Position numbers and translations under genes: made by a program. Under the pieces are notes generated by a model. It had not been told where the DNA came from. It ran no database searches and saw only the letters and a list, made by a program, of their open reading frames with translations. From the NCBI RefSeq assembly GCF_044647545.1, contig NZ_CP172818.1: 64,000 bases of DNA. The stretch is one strand, 5' to 3'. The DNA comes from Escherichia coli. GTDB taxonomy: Bacteria; Pseudomonadota; Gammaproteobacteria; Enterobacterales; Enterobacteriaceae. Positions 1 to 10,048 of this stretch are shown piece after piece (the first letter of the stretch is position 1; every line of letters starts with the position of its first letter).

Positions 1-83
1 GTAAACGATAAAGTCTCGGTAGAAGCAAAAGAGCTGATCGCAATAGGGGTTGTCAGGACTATTCCCAGAAGTTTCGCCCGCAT
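1..83 (-). CDS. ompT: Outer membrane protease OmpT, 5' fragment (start codon and signal peptide only; gene continues beyond window start)
   Basis: Reverse-complement of bases 1-83 translates MRAKLLGIVLTTPIAISSFASTETLSFT, which I recognise as the OmpT signal peptide and mature N-terminus; AT-rich upstream region follows. Confidence 0.7.
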   Translation of the reverse strand, partial: MRAKLLGIVLTTPIAISSFASTETLSF

Positions 84-507
84 AAAAGTTCTCCATTCAA
101 TCGTTTTAATGATTGAATATGTATTTTTTATATCTAACTTAATGAGTCAATTACATATTGCTCCACTGTTTATATTTTGTTTAGTATTGAATGATTATCA
201 CAATGCGCTATCTGTTTTTGGTTTAATTATCTGTTATTGTTTCATATTGCGGTTTTACTGTGTGGTTTTTTTATGCTTTTGTGGTGCTTTTATCTATTTA
301 AGTGCCATGCCTTTAGAGGCATATAAGCGAAAATAGCATGAGGTTTATCCTCAATTACTATGTTTTTTAGTACAAAAAAGAGGGACAAAACTGAGACACA
401 TAAGGCCTCACAATGGCTTGCAAGGCTTTACATGTTTTGAGGTAGTGGGACGTGTGAGCGCAGAGATGGCGCGGTAAGTTGTTGACTTAAAATGTCGTTC
501 TAGGAAC

Positions 508-551
508 TTCTAAGTCGTGGGCCGCAGGTTCGAATCCTGCAGGGCGCGCCA
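508..551 (+). pseudogene. pauD: 3' fragment of tRNA-Arg (argU-like), the DLP12 prophage right attachment-site remnant
   Basis: CTTCTAAGTCGTGGGCCGCAGGTTCGAATCCTGCAGGGCGCGCCA matches the anticodon-loop-to-3'-end portion of argU tRNA; no 5' half is present, so it is not a functional tRNA. Confidence 0.7.
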
Positions 552-595
552 TTTCTTCTTCATTTAATCCCGTCTTATCCGTTCCGCTTTGCTCT

Positions 596-1357
596 TCACC
601 ACATCACTTTTTGTCGCTGTTTGGCGAGATAATTCAACGGTGTCAGGCCGTAAAACGCCTTAAAAACAGAGATAAAGTACGACGTGCTGCTATAGCCACA
701 TAATTGCGCCACCTGAGTGATATTTTTGTTATCCATCAATAACATCTGTACGGCGTAACGCATACGACACTCTGTGACAATCTGGCTATAGCTGGTATTT
801 TCGTTTTTTAATTTCTTTTTGAGCAGGCTGGGGCTTAAACATAGCGAACTGGCGACAATTCGCAGATTCCAGTAATGCTGAATATCGCTTTGAATAATGC
901 GGCAGACGCTGTCGCGGACGCTGCTGCGTAAGATATACATCAGTAGGGCAATAAACCGCGATTGCTCAAGAAAGTTAGACAATACGGTAAAAAGCAATGC
1001 GCGCGTCAACTCCGCTTCGCAGGGTTTGCTGGGTTGCTGCTTGCTGTGGTTGGCGGCTAGCCGGAACACTTCCGGTGTACGGCTATGACAAGCGATAACC
1101 GGGGTTGCCAGCCGCGACCAGGGCTTTATACAGGTTAAGTTCTTATTTAAAAACAACAGATAATCGTTGATGATGTTACGGTTGATGTGGGTGATTAATA
1201 CGTGATTTAACGTTGAGAGTTCAATGACGTTATTGTTGCACGCGAAGGCGGCCAGGTAGTTTTTCGGAAGGGTAAACGTAGCATGGTTATTGACGCTTAC
1301 CTCTACCTCTTTTTCGGTCAGGATCACCACGCAAGGTTCACTGCTGCTCAATTGCAT
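596..1357 (-). CDS. envY: AraC-family transcriptional regulator (porin thermoregulation)
   Basis: 253-aa ORF with a C-terminal AraC-type helix-turn-helix region; sequence recognised as EnvY; position between ompT/attR and ybcH matches K-12 synteny. Confidence 0.85.
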   Translation of the reverse strand: MQLSSSEPCVVILTEKEVEVSVNNHATFTLPKNYLAAFACNNNVIELSTLNHVLITHINRNIINDYLLFLNKNLTCIKPWSRLATPVIACHSRTPEVFRLAANHSKQQPSKPCEAELTRALLFTVLSNFLEQSRFIALLMYILRSSVRDSVCRIIQSDIQHYWNLRIVASSLCLSPSLLKKKLKNENTSYSQIVTECRMRYAVQMLLMDNKNITQVAQLCGYSSTSYFISVFKAFYGLTPLNYLAKQRQKVMW

Positions 1358-1539
1358 TTCGCACTCCTCAGATATCAGAAACTCCGCTCAAAGGATCTAT
1401 GCTTCCTGCATGAGTGATCGGCCCGTTCGCCGATAACGATCTTCTTTCTTTAGCACGCTTTTTAGCAATTAATCTTGATGGAATTCTGACGAGAGCGAAA
1501 GAGGTAAGCCAGGTCGTACCCGACTTACCTGGAGGAGAT

Positions 1540-2430
1540 TTAATACTCGAGAATGCCGTGCGCGACGGGCAAATAGCGCAGAGAGAAATAGAGCGTGTCT
1601 TTACCGCAAGAGGAACGTTTCGCTAACAGCGAGGCAATTTCTGCGTCCGGTTTCGGTTTCGCTGTAAAGGTTTTGCCTTTGCCGGCGACAAACAGTTCAT
1701 AAACAATGCCGCTTGCTGGGGCGGAGCTTTGGCAATCGGCGCTGGCCTGTAGATAACGTTCACGCTGTTCAGCGGTCAGTTTATCCACGCCGCTGCCATC
1801 CTGTACCCAGACATTAACGCCGGTTGCTTTAACGTGTTCCAGCAGTTGGCGATAGCCATCGGGCGACATGTTTCCGGCGAAAAAACTACTGATATAAACC
1901 GGTTTTGCTGAAACATCGCTAATCAACCGCTGCGCGTTGTTTAACCATGTTAGCAAAGGCTGACGGGCGGCTTCGCTGCGCCAGTTCAGGTCGTCAATTT
2001 CCGCGCTGATGTACCAGCCATCCGGCGTTACGCCAGGTACGGCGCTCCATAATCTGGCTTGCTGGAGATCGGCAGCCAGCAGGCGGTTAAGATAGCTTTC
2101 CAGCGCTGCAGACGACTGTTTCTGGTGCATAAAAAATTCCGGATCGGCATTCAGCCCGACAATCAGCTTCAGGCCAGCCTGTTGCGCAGCTGCGGCACGC
2201 TTAAACAATAACGCGTGCTGTTCTGGCTGGGTGAATGCATCGCCGTAACGAGTCCATTGCAAAACCAGGGTATCGAAGCCTTGCAAACGTAACTGACTCA
2301 TCAGCCCCTGCCACTGGGTATCGGTAACCTGACTATCACGGTTTTGTGGTTGCCAGATAATACCTTTCATCGCAAAGGAAAAAGGGCTGACCAAAAGCAG
2401 TGTCAGCAATACGAAAATGAACTTACGCAT
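1540..2430 (-). CDS. ybcH: Exported protein, third gene of the nfrB-nfrA-ybcH operon
   Basis: 296-aa ORF with N-terminal signal peptide (MRKFIFVLLTLLLVSPFSFA); its start lies directly beside the nfrA stop on the same strand. Confidence 0.85.
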   Translation of the reverse strand: MRKFIFVLLTLLLVSPFSFAMKGIIWQPQNRDSQVTDTQWQGLMSQLRLQGFDTLVLQWTRYGDAFTQPEQHALLFKRAAAAQQAGLKLIVGLNADPEFFMHQKQSSAALESYLNRLLAADLQQARLWSAVPGVTPDGWYISAEIDDLNWRSEAARQPLLTWLNNAQRLISDVSAKPVYISSFFAGNMSPDGYRQLLEHVKATGVNVWVQDGSGVDKLTAEQRERYLQASADCQSSAPASGIVYELFVAGKGKTFTAKPKPDAEIASLLAKRSSCGKDTLYFSLRYLPVAHGILEY

Positions 2431-5403
2431 TTACCAGTGCACTCCAATGGTGAGAAACGCATTGTTGCGCTCTCCGTTACGTTGATTAATCGCCTTAAAG
2501 GTATGTTGATACTCGACGCCGAGACTGACTTTGTGCGGCCAGGCGTCGTAGTGCGTCTCGCCGGTCCAGATATTCCAGCGGACCCCGACACCGCCAAGCT
2601 GCGCGCCCTGAGTGCCTTTATCACGATAGCCGTTGTCCTGAACGTGAGCGTAAGGCTCAATAGTCTGTCCGTTAGCTACCTTCTGATGCCAGCTGACGCG
2701 ATAATCTGCCGTCCACGCCTGAATATCCTGGCGGATATATTGCGCTGCATCGAGGTACAGGTTTTGGGCAAACCAGCCTGAACCGTTCGGGTGCCATTCG
2801 TCGCTGTATTTGCCGCCATTAAAGAATGAGGCGCTGGCGCGCAGCATGGTATCGGATGCGCCATTTTGCCCGTTCAGCGGCAACTGCTGTTCGACGGCGA
2901 GGAAAAAGATCTGATCGCGCAGCGGCTTCCAGCGCAGACCGGTGCCGGACATCGGATTTTTCACCGGCATCATCACCCCGTTTTCTCCAGTATCGGCAAA
3001 TACACGGCTGTAAACCGAGAGCAGGTCGCCTTCCAGCAGCATATTGCGTCCGATGCGATACTCGGCTTCCAGTTGCCCGTAGCTACGATAGCTTTTCCCT
3101 GGCGCTGCGCCGCCGACATTATTGTTAGCGGTACTTATTGCGCCGGAACGCAAGCCGATAGAAGAATCGAAACTGAACGTCCAGCGGCGACCGACCTCCT
3201 CATGCAGACGGCGGAAATTGAAGCGTTGCTGATTTTGCTCTGGGGTCAGTGGGGTTATCAGCGCCTGATTATCAATGTCATCAATCACCAGCCGGGCGTA
3301 GTGCTGCGTCGCAGGCATGTCATCCAGACGCTGGTTCACGTAGGCCAGTTGTCGGATAAGTGCCGGATCGTCCGGTAGCCCTTTATGCGCCTGTTCGAGC
3401 ATTTCCCGCGACTGTGCGATATCACCGCTATCCCACAAGGCGTAACCGAGCGCTGCCTGGGTGTTGCTATTATTCGGTTCCAGTTCCAGCGCGGCGCGCA
3501 AATCACTCACCGCCGCCGGGACATTATGACGTTGGCGATAAATTGTCGCCCGCGCAACGTAAGCGTTGGCAGAAGGCGCAATATTGATTGAGCGCGTGAG
3601 ATCGTTCAGTGCGAGTTCCGGCTGACCAGGAATGTAACGTTGCGCATGCAGCCACCAGTAGAGGGCATTGTTTCCCAGCCCACGTTGTTCTGCCTGCTGA
3701 AGCCAGCGATCGCGAGCCGCACCATTTCCTGCCGCCTGGGCGGTATTGGCAGCAGCAAGCAGATCCTCATTGCTCATGTCGTGAAGACTGATTTTCTGCC
3801 AGGCCGCCAGTGCGGTGGCGTAGTCCTCAACCTGATACGCCTGATAGGCTACCGCACGATGTTGCCAGGCGTTCGGTTGTCGTTGTTCGGCCTGAAGCCA
3901 TGCATACAACGCCACACCGGGTAGCGTGTCCCGATAACACTTTGCCAGACGGTTCCAGGCGGCGGCATCGTAGGAAGGCGACATATCGCCCAGCAAGCGA
4001 ACTATTGCCGGGCAATTATCTGCAATACCCGGCAACTGACTTTGCCACTGACGTTGCTCCGCCAGCGGTAAAGGTTTCGATAAAATCGCCACCTTCGCCG
4101 GCGTTGCCAGGTAAGGATGACTTTCCAGCAGAGACGCCAGTCGCGCCATTAACGTCTGGCTGACACGCGCATCGCCCTGGAAAGGATAGCGTTGCAGCAA
4201 TAAATCGGCAGCTTCGCGTGACTGCTCGTTCTGCATCAGTTGCCAGGTCAGTTGATCCAGGCGGGTAAGATTTGCCGGTTCTTGCTGATACAGCAATCGT
4301 GCCAGACGCAGAGCTTCAGCCTTGTTATGGGTCGCTACGCTAACGGTATAACGCTCCTCAAGCATTTCATTGGCGGGGAGGGTGGCGAGCAGTTTTTGCG
4401 CTGCGTCGTACTGACCTTCTTTTAACAGCACCGGTAGCGTCGCGCCAACAACATACTGGCGGTTATCGGCAAACTGTACCGTATAATTCGCCAACGCCTG
4501 AACGGGGTTGACGCTGTATTTAGATAACAGATAGAGCCAACTTTTCTCTTGTGCGTCCGTGGTAAACAGCGGCTTATTTTCAATGAGATAATGCTGGAGG
4601 CGCGCTTTTTCGCCACGATAAGCCAGCGCGGTCGCGTAAGTAATATATGACTGAGGATCGGTGAAGATCCCCTGTGATTGCAGCGCCAGGATCCGATCAT
4701 CCAGCTGCGCGGCAAGAAGCACGTCAAACCACTGACGGCGTTCTGCCGCGCTTAATGTGTTCTGCTGGCGTGCTTCATTATATAGCGTATCTGCCTGGGA
4801 CCATTGTTTCAGGTAGATTGCGCGTTGCAGCAGATCGGTTCGCAACGTTTTTCCTTCCGGCGATGCAGCAAACGTCGCATCGTTTAGTTGCGCTCTGGCG
4901 ACAGGTAATTGTGCCAGCCGCAGGGCATTCTGCCCGACTTCACTGCGACAACGCAGGGTCGGCGCAGCGTCGCACGCTTTTTGCTGGGCAAGCAGTTCTT
5001 CAACAGTCGTAACGCTTTTCACTTCAACTGGAATAGCCGCCAGACTGCGCTCAAGTCGGGCATCTCCTGGGTGACGTTTCAGTTGATCCTCAAGCAACAG
5101 CCGCGCCCGGTCATCATGACCAAAATGGCGATAGGCTTCCGCAAGGTATAAAGTCAGCGGAATATTATCCGGCACCTGCTGGTGTATATATTCAAATTCG
5201 CGGATGGCGGTTGCTTCGTCGTTATTTTTCTGTGCCTTCAGCGCCTTGTCGAGACGGGGATAAATAACGAAATGGCGATAATCGCTCAGCCCCAGCTCTT
5301 CTGCGCTGGTGCCGATATTGTCTGCGAGTGCGCTGGTACTCAATAAAGACGTCAGCAGTAAACCAGACCATCCGATGACGCGATTAAGGTTATTCTCCTT
5401 CAT
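2431..5403 (-). CDS. nfrA: Outer-membrane phage N4 receptor subunit / polysaccharide export protein with TPR repeats
   Basis: 990-aa product starting MKENNLNRVIGWSGLLLTSLLSTSALA (signal peptide), long TPR-like N-terminal half, C-terminus ending in an aromatic residue (…GVHW) typical of outer-membrane beta-barrels. Confidence 0.9.
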   Translation of the reverse strand: MKENNLNRVIGWSGLLLTSLLSTSALADNIGTSAEELGLSDYRHFVIYPRLDKALKAQKNNDEATAIREFEYIHQQVPDNIPLTLYLAEAYRHFGHDDRARLLLEDQLKRHPGDARLERSLAAIPVEVKSVTTVEELLAQQKACDAAPTLRCRSEVGQNALRLAQLPVARAQLNDATFAASPEGKTLRTDLLQRAIYLKQWSQADTLYNEARQQNTLSAAERRQWFDVLLAAQLDDRILALQSQGIFTDPQSYITYATALAYRGEKARLQHYLIENKPLFTTDAQEKSWLYLLSKYSVNPVQALANYTVQFADNRQYVVGATLPVLLKEGQYDAAQKLLATLPANEMLEERYTVSVATHNKAEALRLARLLYQQEPANLTRLDQLTWQLMQNEQSREAADLLLQRYPFQGDARVSQTLMARLASLLESHPYLATPAKVAILSKPLPLAEQRQWQSQLPGIADNCPAIVRLLGDMSPSYDAAAWNRLAKCYRDTLPGVALYAWLQAEQRQPNAWQHRAVAYQAYQVEDYATALAAWQKISLHDMSNEDLLAAANTAQAAGNGAARDRWLQQAEQRGLGNNALYWWLHAQRYIPGQPELALNDLTRSINIAPSANAYVARATIYRQRHNVPAAVSDLRAALELEPNNSNTQAALGYALWDSGDIAQSREMLEQAHKGLPDDPALIRQLAYVNQRLDDMPATQHYARLVIDDIDNQALITPLTPEQNQQRFNFRRLHEEVGRRWTFSFDSSIGLRSGAISTANNNVGGAAPGKSYRSYGQLEAEYRIGRNMLLEGDLLSVYSRVFADTGENGVMMPVKNPMSGTGLRWKPLRDQIFFLAVEQQLPLNGQNGASDTMLRASASFFNGGKYSDEWHPNGSGWFAQNLYLDAAQYIRQDIQAWTADYRVSWHQKVANGQTIEPYAHVQDNGYRDKGTQGAQLGGVGVRWNIWTGETHYDAWPHKVSLGVEYQHTFKAINQRNGERNNAFLTIGVHW

Positions 5404-7627
5404 TTTCGGACTCCAGTTGCGCAACCTTTTCTGTGTTTAAACCTGCTTTGAGTAATAGTGATTGCATCGAAACTTGTAATTCGCGTTGAATTGTCAGAAC
5501 GCGATCCAACGTTTCCTGGCTGATAACGCCTTCGGTGACCAAAAACTTGCCGAGCGGCAGAGAACTGCGTTCATGGTGCAATAACAACACGTTAATTGCT
5601 GAACGATTAATATGACCGAGCGTGGTCAGTATTTCGGCGAACAGGAACTGATGCGGCACATATTGCCGCCAGATTTCACCGGCCTGCTGTTCCGTGAGCC
5701 ACTGATGCTGAACCGCATTGTACAACATTGCCCGCGGATCGTGACCGCGTCGGCGCGCATACCAGTGGCGTAACCCCGTGACAATTTGTCCCCGCAGAAC
5801 AATGACGTAACGCACTTTGCGTCCGACTTTACGCGTCAGGGCCGCCAGCGAAACCGGGTCAATACCATCTTCACTGCCGACAATTAACTCATCATTTTCC
5901 AGACGCAGCGGCAGCACTGCATAATGCAGCGCCACGGAGGCCGGCATCTCGGCAATCAGTGATGAAGGGATCTGCCAGGCGTCGATCGACTCCCACGCCA
6001 CGCCGTTTTGCTCTGCCAGCGCCTGTGCCAGCTGCTCGGCGCTAATCAGCCCCTGCATCAGCATTGAACCGCCAAGGCGTAGACCTTCGACGCGATTACG
6101 CAGTGCTGTATCGAGTTGTTCTTCAGTGATGACCTGATTTTCCAGCAGAATTTGACCTAACGGGCGCAACGAGCGGGTATCGCCAGTCACGCTGGGGAAG
6201 TCATGCGTTGTTTTATCCCACGCCACGCGACGTGGATCGCCGTGTTGAAGTACCTGTTTTAACGCGCGCCAGTTGGCCATGAAGTTAATCAGGTTGCCCC
6301 AGAAAAGACGCAGGACAGATAGTAGCCCCTGCGTCAGGCCGTAGTAGCCAGTGACGAAAATCACCCGCTGCACGATGCGGTTAACCATCAAGCCAAAGTT
6401 TAGCCACAGCAGGGTCATTAACCATGCGCTGCCGCTGAAAATAGAAAGGAAATGCCAGGCATCGGGCCACAAACTTTCATACGCCAGTAACAGCAAAAGC
6501 TGGATCATCACCAGCATCGCGAGGAAGCTGACAAAGTTACTGATTGCCCCTTTGCGGTCGCGCCAGAGAAAGTAGTTCAGCGTCAGGCTGGAGGTCCATT
6601 TGTGGGTTTTAAAGCCCTGGAAAACAATGCCGATGATCCAGCGAGATTTTTGTCGAACCGCCGTCGAAAAGGTATCGGGGAAATATTCGCGCACGCAGAT
6701 CATGTTTGACGTCCGCGCGTGCTGTAAAAATTTACGCTGCTCGCGTTCTTTGGCTTCGTCCACCACCGGAAAACGGACAAAAATTTCCGTCATACCTTTT
6801 TCTTTCAGGCGGAAACCAATGTCGTAATCTTCAGTAAGACTCTGCACGTCGAAAGCAATACCGTCACCGTCAGCTAACAGTGCGGTCACGGCGCGGCGGC
6901 TGAAACAAGTACCGACACCTGCGCTGGGCACCTGTCCGGCGAGGGCTTCACGCACCGGAACATCTTTGCCATGCAGTTCTGAAAACTCATCAATGTAAGT
7001 CATGCTGGTGAAGTGCGTCCATTCGCGTTCGAATGGGTATACCGGGATCTGAATCAGATCTTTACGCTCGACCAGATAGTTGAACAGACGCAATTCCATC
7101 GGTGAAATTACGTCTTCGGCGTCATGCAGAATAAAACCAGCAAAAGCGAAATTGGCGCTACGCTCAAACTGGGTGATGGCGTCCAGCACGTTGTTCAGGC
7201 AGTCGGCTTTGCTGGTGGGGCCAGGACGCGCGCAGACTACCTTATGCACGTTTGGGAAGCGAGCGCACACTTCGTCAACATCACGCTGAGTATCGGGGTC
7301 GTTGGGGTAGGTGCCAACAAAGATATGATAGTTTTCATAGTCGAGCGTGGTCGCCGCCAGCTCGGCCATATTGCCGATGACGCCCGTTTCATTCCACGCC
7401 GGAACCATAATCGCTAACGGTTTTTCATCTGGTTTATACAGTTCGCGGTAACTCATTCGCGGGTAGCGGCGATAAACACTCAACTTGCGTTTAATGCGGC
7501 GTACCCAGTAGACGACATCAATAAAAAAATCGTCCAGCCCGCTGATGAACATGATGACCGCTAACGTTATCGCGATTACTTTTAAGCCATATAGCCAGGT
7601 TGCAAAAACATCAAGAAGCCAGTCCAC
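5390..7627 (-). CDS. nfrB: Inner-membrane family-2 glycosyltransferase, phage N4 adsorption protein B (c-di-GMP-responsive)
   Basis: 745-aa ORF with N-terminal transmembrane segment, a DAED acidic motif and a QKSRW (QxxRW) motif characteristic of processive GT2 synthases; overlaps the nfrA start by 14 bp. Confidence 0.9.
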   Translation of the reverse strand: MDWLLDVFATWLYGLKVIAITLAVIMFISGLDDFFIDVVYWVRRIKRKLSVYRRYPRMSYRELYKPDEKPLAIMVPAWNETGVIGNMAELAATTLDYENYHIFVGTYPNDPDTQRDVDEVCARFPNVHKVVCARPGPTSKADCLNNVLDAITQFERSANFAFAGFILHDAEDVISPMELRLFNYLVERKDLIQIPVYPFEREWTHFTSMTYIDEFSELHGKDVPVREALAGQVPSAGVGTCFSRRAVTALLADGDGIAFDVQSLTEDYDIGFRLKEKGMTEIFVRFPVVDEAKEREQRKFLQHARTSNMICVREYFPDTFSTAVRQKSRWIIGIVFQGFKTHKWTSSLTLNYFLWRDRKGAISNFVSFLAMLVMIQLLLLLAYESLWPDAWHFLSIFSGSAWLMTLLWLNFGLMVNRIVQRVIFVTGYYGLTQGLLSVLRLFWGNLINFMANWRALKQVLQHGDPRRVAWDKTTHDFPSVTGDTRSLRPLGQILLENQVITEEQLDTALRNRVEGLRLGGSMLMQGLISAEQLAQALAEQNGVAWESIDAWQIPSSLIAEMPASVALHYAVLPLRLENDELIVGSEDGIDPVSLAALTRKVGRKVRYVIVLRGQIVTGLRHWYARRRGHDPRAMLYNAVQHQWLTEQQAGEIWRQYVPHQFLFAEILTTLGHINRSAINVLLLHHERSSLPLGKFLVTEGVISQETLDRVLTIQRELQVSMQSLLLKAGLNTEKVAQLESENEGE

Positions 7628-7776
7628 ACAAAAACCTTACATTAACGCTGGTTATGTTTAGGGTGGCGTATATTAAAGTTTTTTATGAATTGTGACAGCT
7701 TTTTATCATTAATAGGTAGGATTATTGCGGCACGTTATTTTTACACTGGTTATAAAAGTTGCCGATTGCTGAAGGA

Positions 7777-9219
7777 TTAAGCGGGTAGTTTGATCATAAA
7801 CCTTGTTCCCCGCGCATCTGACGTTACTGCAACCGTGCCTTTATGCGCGACAACAATTGATTTCACTATCGCCAGCCCAATGCCGCTACCTTCGCCTTTT
7901 CGCTGGCGGGAAGGATCAACGCGGTAGAAACGGTCAAACAATCGCGGTAAGTGTTCGGGCGCAATGGGCGTACCGGGGTTTTCGACGGAAACTTGCACCT
8001 GGTGATCGACCGTCTGGCAGCGCACAACAATTGCCTCTCCGGGTGGCGTATAACGCAGGGCGTTCGAAAGCAGGTTGCTTAACGCCCGACGCAACATCAG
8101 CGGATCGCCCGCAACCTGACACTCGTCACCAACAAACCGCAACTCCACGCCGCGATCTTCCGCTAACGCCTCGAAAAAATCGAACACTTTGCCGACTTCA
8201 TCCGCCAGGTTGAGCATTTTCTTTTCGGGGATTAACTGGTTGTTATCGGCCTGAGCGAGAAACAGCATATCGCTGACCATTTTCGCCATTCGAGTCAGCT
8301 CTTCGAGATTAGAGTAGAGCACATCTTCCAGCTCCTTCTGACTGCGCGACTGGCTGAGGGCGATTTCCGTTTGCGTTATGAGATTCGTAATCGGCGTGCG
8401 AATTTCGTGAGCGATATCCGCTGAGAAATTGGACTGGCGGGTAAAGACATCCTCGATACGCTCGATCATATGGTTGAACGACAGCACCAGTTGTTCGAGT
8501 TCAATGGGCACGGTCTGTGGATCGAGGCGAACGTCGAGATCTTTCGAGGTAATGTTCTGGATTTGACGGCTGACGCTGCGAATTGGCGCGTGGCCTTTAT
8601 GTACCGCCAGCAGCACGATAAAGACGATCAGGATGCTGATGATCGATGCGGTCATAATAAGTTTATTCATCAAATCATTTATGTAATGAAGATGAAAATC
8701 GATCGAAAGCGCGATGTAGAGCGTATAAATCGGTTTGCCGTCCACCAACGGGCCAACCGGCAAGTTAATCATCCGCCAGTTGCTGTGTTCCATATGCCCG
8801 TGACCGTGGCCTGGCATCATAATCGTCGGGCCGGAAAGGAGATACACCTCGCCACCCTGAGCGTCTTTATCGGGTATGGCGTCACGCGTAAACTCGCGGA
8901 TATCCGGCGCACCGGGGGAGTGATACACCGTTTTGCCGTGGCTATCTGCCAGGGAAATCAACACGTTGGAATAACCACTGACGATATCTTCCAGCGTCAT
9001 TAAGCGTCGGGCTTGCGTCTCGTCAGGATGATTAAGTACCCGTTCAAGGGTGGCGCTAATTTCTTTTAAATCATTAATATCCTGCTCGGCAAAATGCACT
9101 TTCACTGAGTGGATCATGATCCATGCAAAGGCGAAAAACGCCGCGATGGTGGCCAGGCTGATAAAAAAGGTCAGACGGGTTGCCAGCGAAAACGGGCGCT
9201 GAAATGGCTTACTGACCAT
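7777..9219 (-). CDS. cusS: Copper/silver-sensing histidine kinase
   Basis: 480-aa product from [16 protein letters not shown]; two transmembrane segments flanking a periplasmic domain, conserved His-containing phosphoacceptor region ([10 protein letters not shown]) and ATPase domain; overlaps cusR by 11 bp. Confidence 0.9.
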
Positions 9220-9892
9220 CCGGCACCTCAAGCATATAGCCCACGCCGCGCACGGTCTGAATCAGCTTCGGCTCAAAGTCGTTGTCGATTTTGCCGCGTA
9301 GCCGCTTCACCGCCACATCAATGGCGTTAGTGTCGCTGTCGAAATTCATGTCCCACACCTGCGAGGCGATAAGCGAGCGGGGCAGCACTTCACCCTGATG
9401 GCGGAGGAAAAACTCCAGCAAAGTAAATTCTTTACTGGTCAACGTGATGCGCGTGCCGCTACGGGTGACTTTGCGGCTGACGAGATCGACCATCAGATCG
9501 GCAACCTGAAACTGACTTTCGATAATCACCGCCGCCCCGCGCCGCAGTAGAGTGCGCACCCGCGCCAGCAGTTCAGCAAAAGCGAACGGCTTAACCAGAT
9601 AGTCATCCGCCCCCAACTCCAGCCCCTTGACGCGATGTTCAATGGTGCCAAGCGCGGTAAGCAACAGAATCGGCATCCCCTTATTGGCGGAACGCAACAT
9701 GCGCACGATATCCCAGCCGTTCACGTCCGGCAGCATAATATCGAGGATTATCAGATCATAATCACCGGTCATCGCCAGATGGTAGCCATTCAGCCCGTTG
9801 TCGGCCAAATCGACCACAAAACCGGCTTCGGTTAACCCTTTGGTCAAGTATTCTCCGGTTTTCTTTTCATCTTCGACAATCAACAGTTTCAT
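9209..9892 (-). CDS. cusR: OmpR-family response regulator for copper/silver efflux
   Basis: 227-aa ORF with receiver domain ([11 protein letters not shown]…, [10 protein letters not shown]) and winged-helix C-terminus; recognised as CusR. Confidence 0.92.
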
Positions 9893-9956
9893 ATTTCCTC
9901 CGCATGTTGCCCGGGCAATTCTAGAGTAGCGGGATCAGATGGCAATCGCTTATTGG

Positions 9957-9978
9957 CAAAATGACAATTTTGTCATTT
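9957..9978. promoter_or_regulatory. CusR box: perfect palindrome AAAATGACAA-TT-TTGTCATTTT in the cusR/cusC divergent promoter region
   Basis: Perfect 10-2-10 inverted repeat read directly in the intergenic sequence between divergent cusR and cusC; matches the CusR operator as I recall it. Confidence 0.6.
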
Positions 9979-10048
9979 TCCTGTCACCGGAAAATCAGAG
10001 CCTGGCGAGTAAAGTTGGCGGCATAAAATCACCAGAAATTATGAGCCT

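Noticed and set aside
109-336. 75-aa ORF in the ompT upstream region
   Set aside because: Product of a very AT-rich promoter region (Phe/Ile/Leu/Tyr/Cys-rich low-complexity peptide), no ribosome-binding site noted, and it lies in the known ompT regulatory region.
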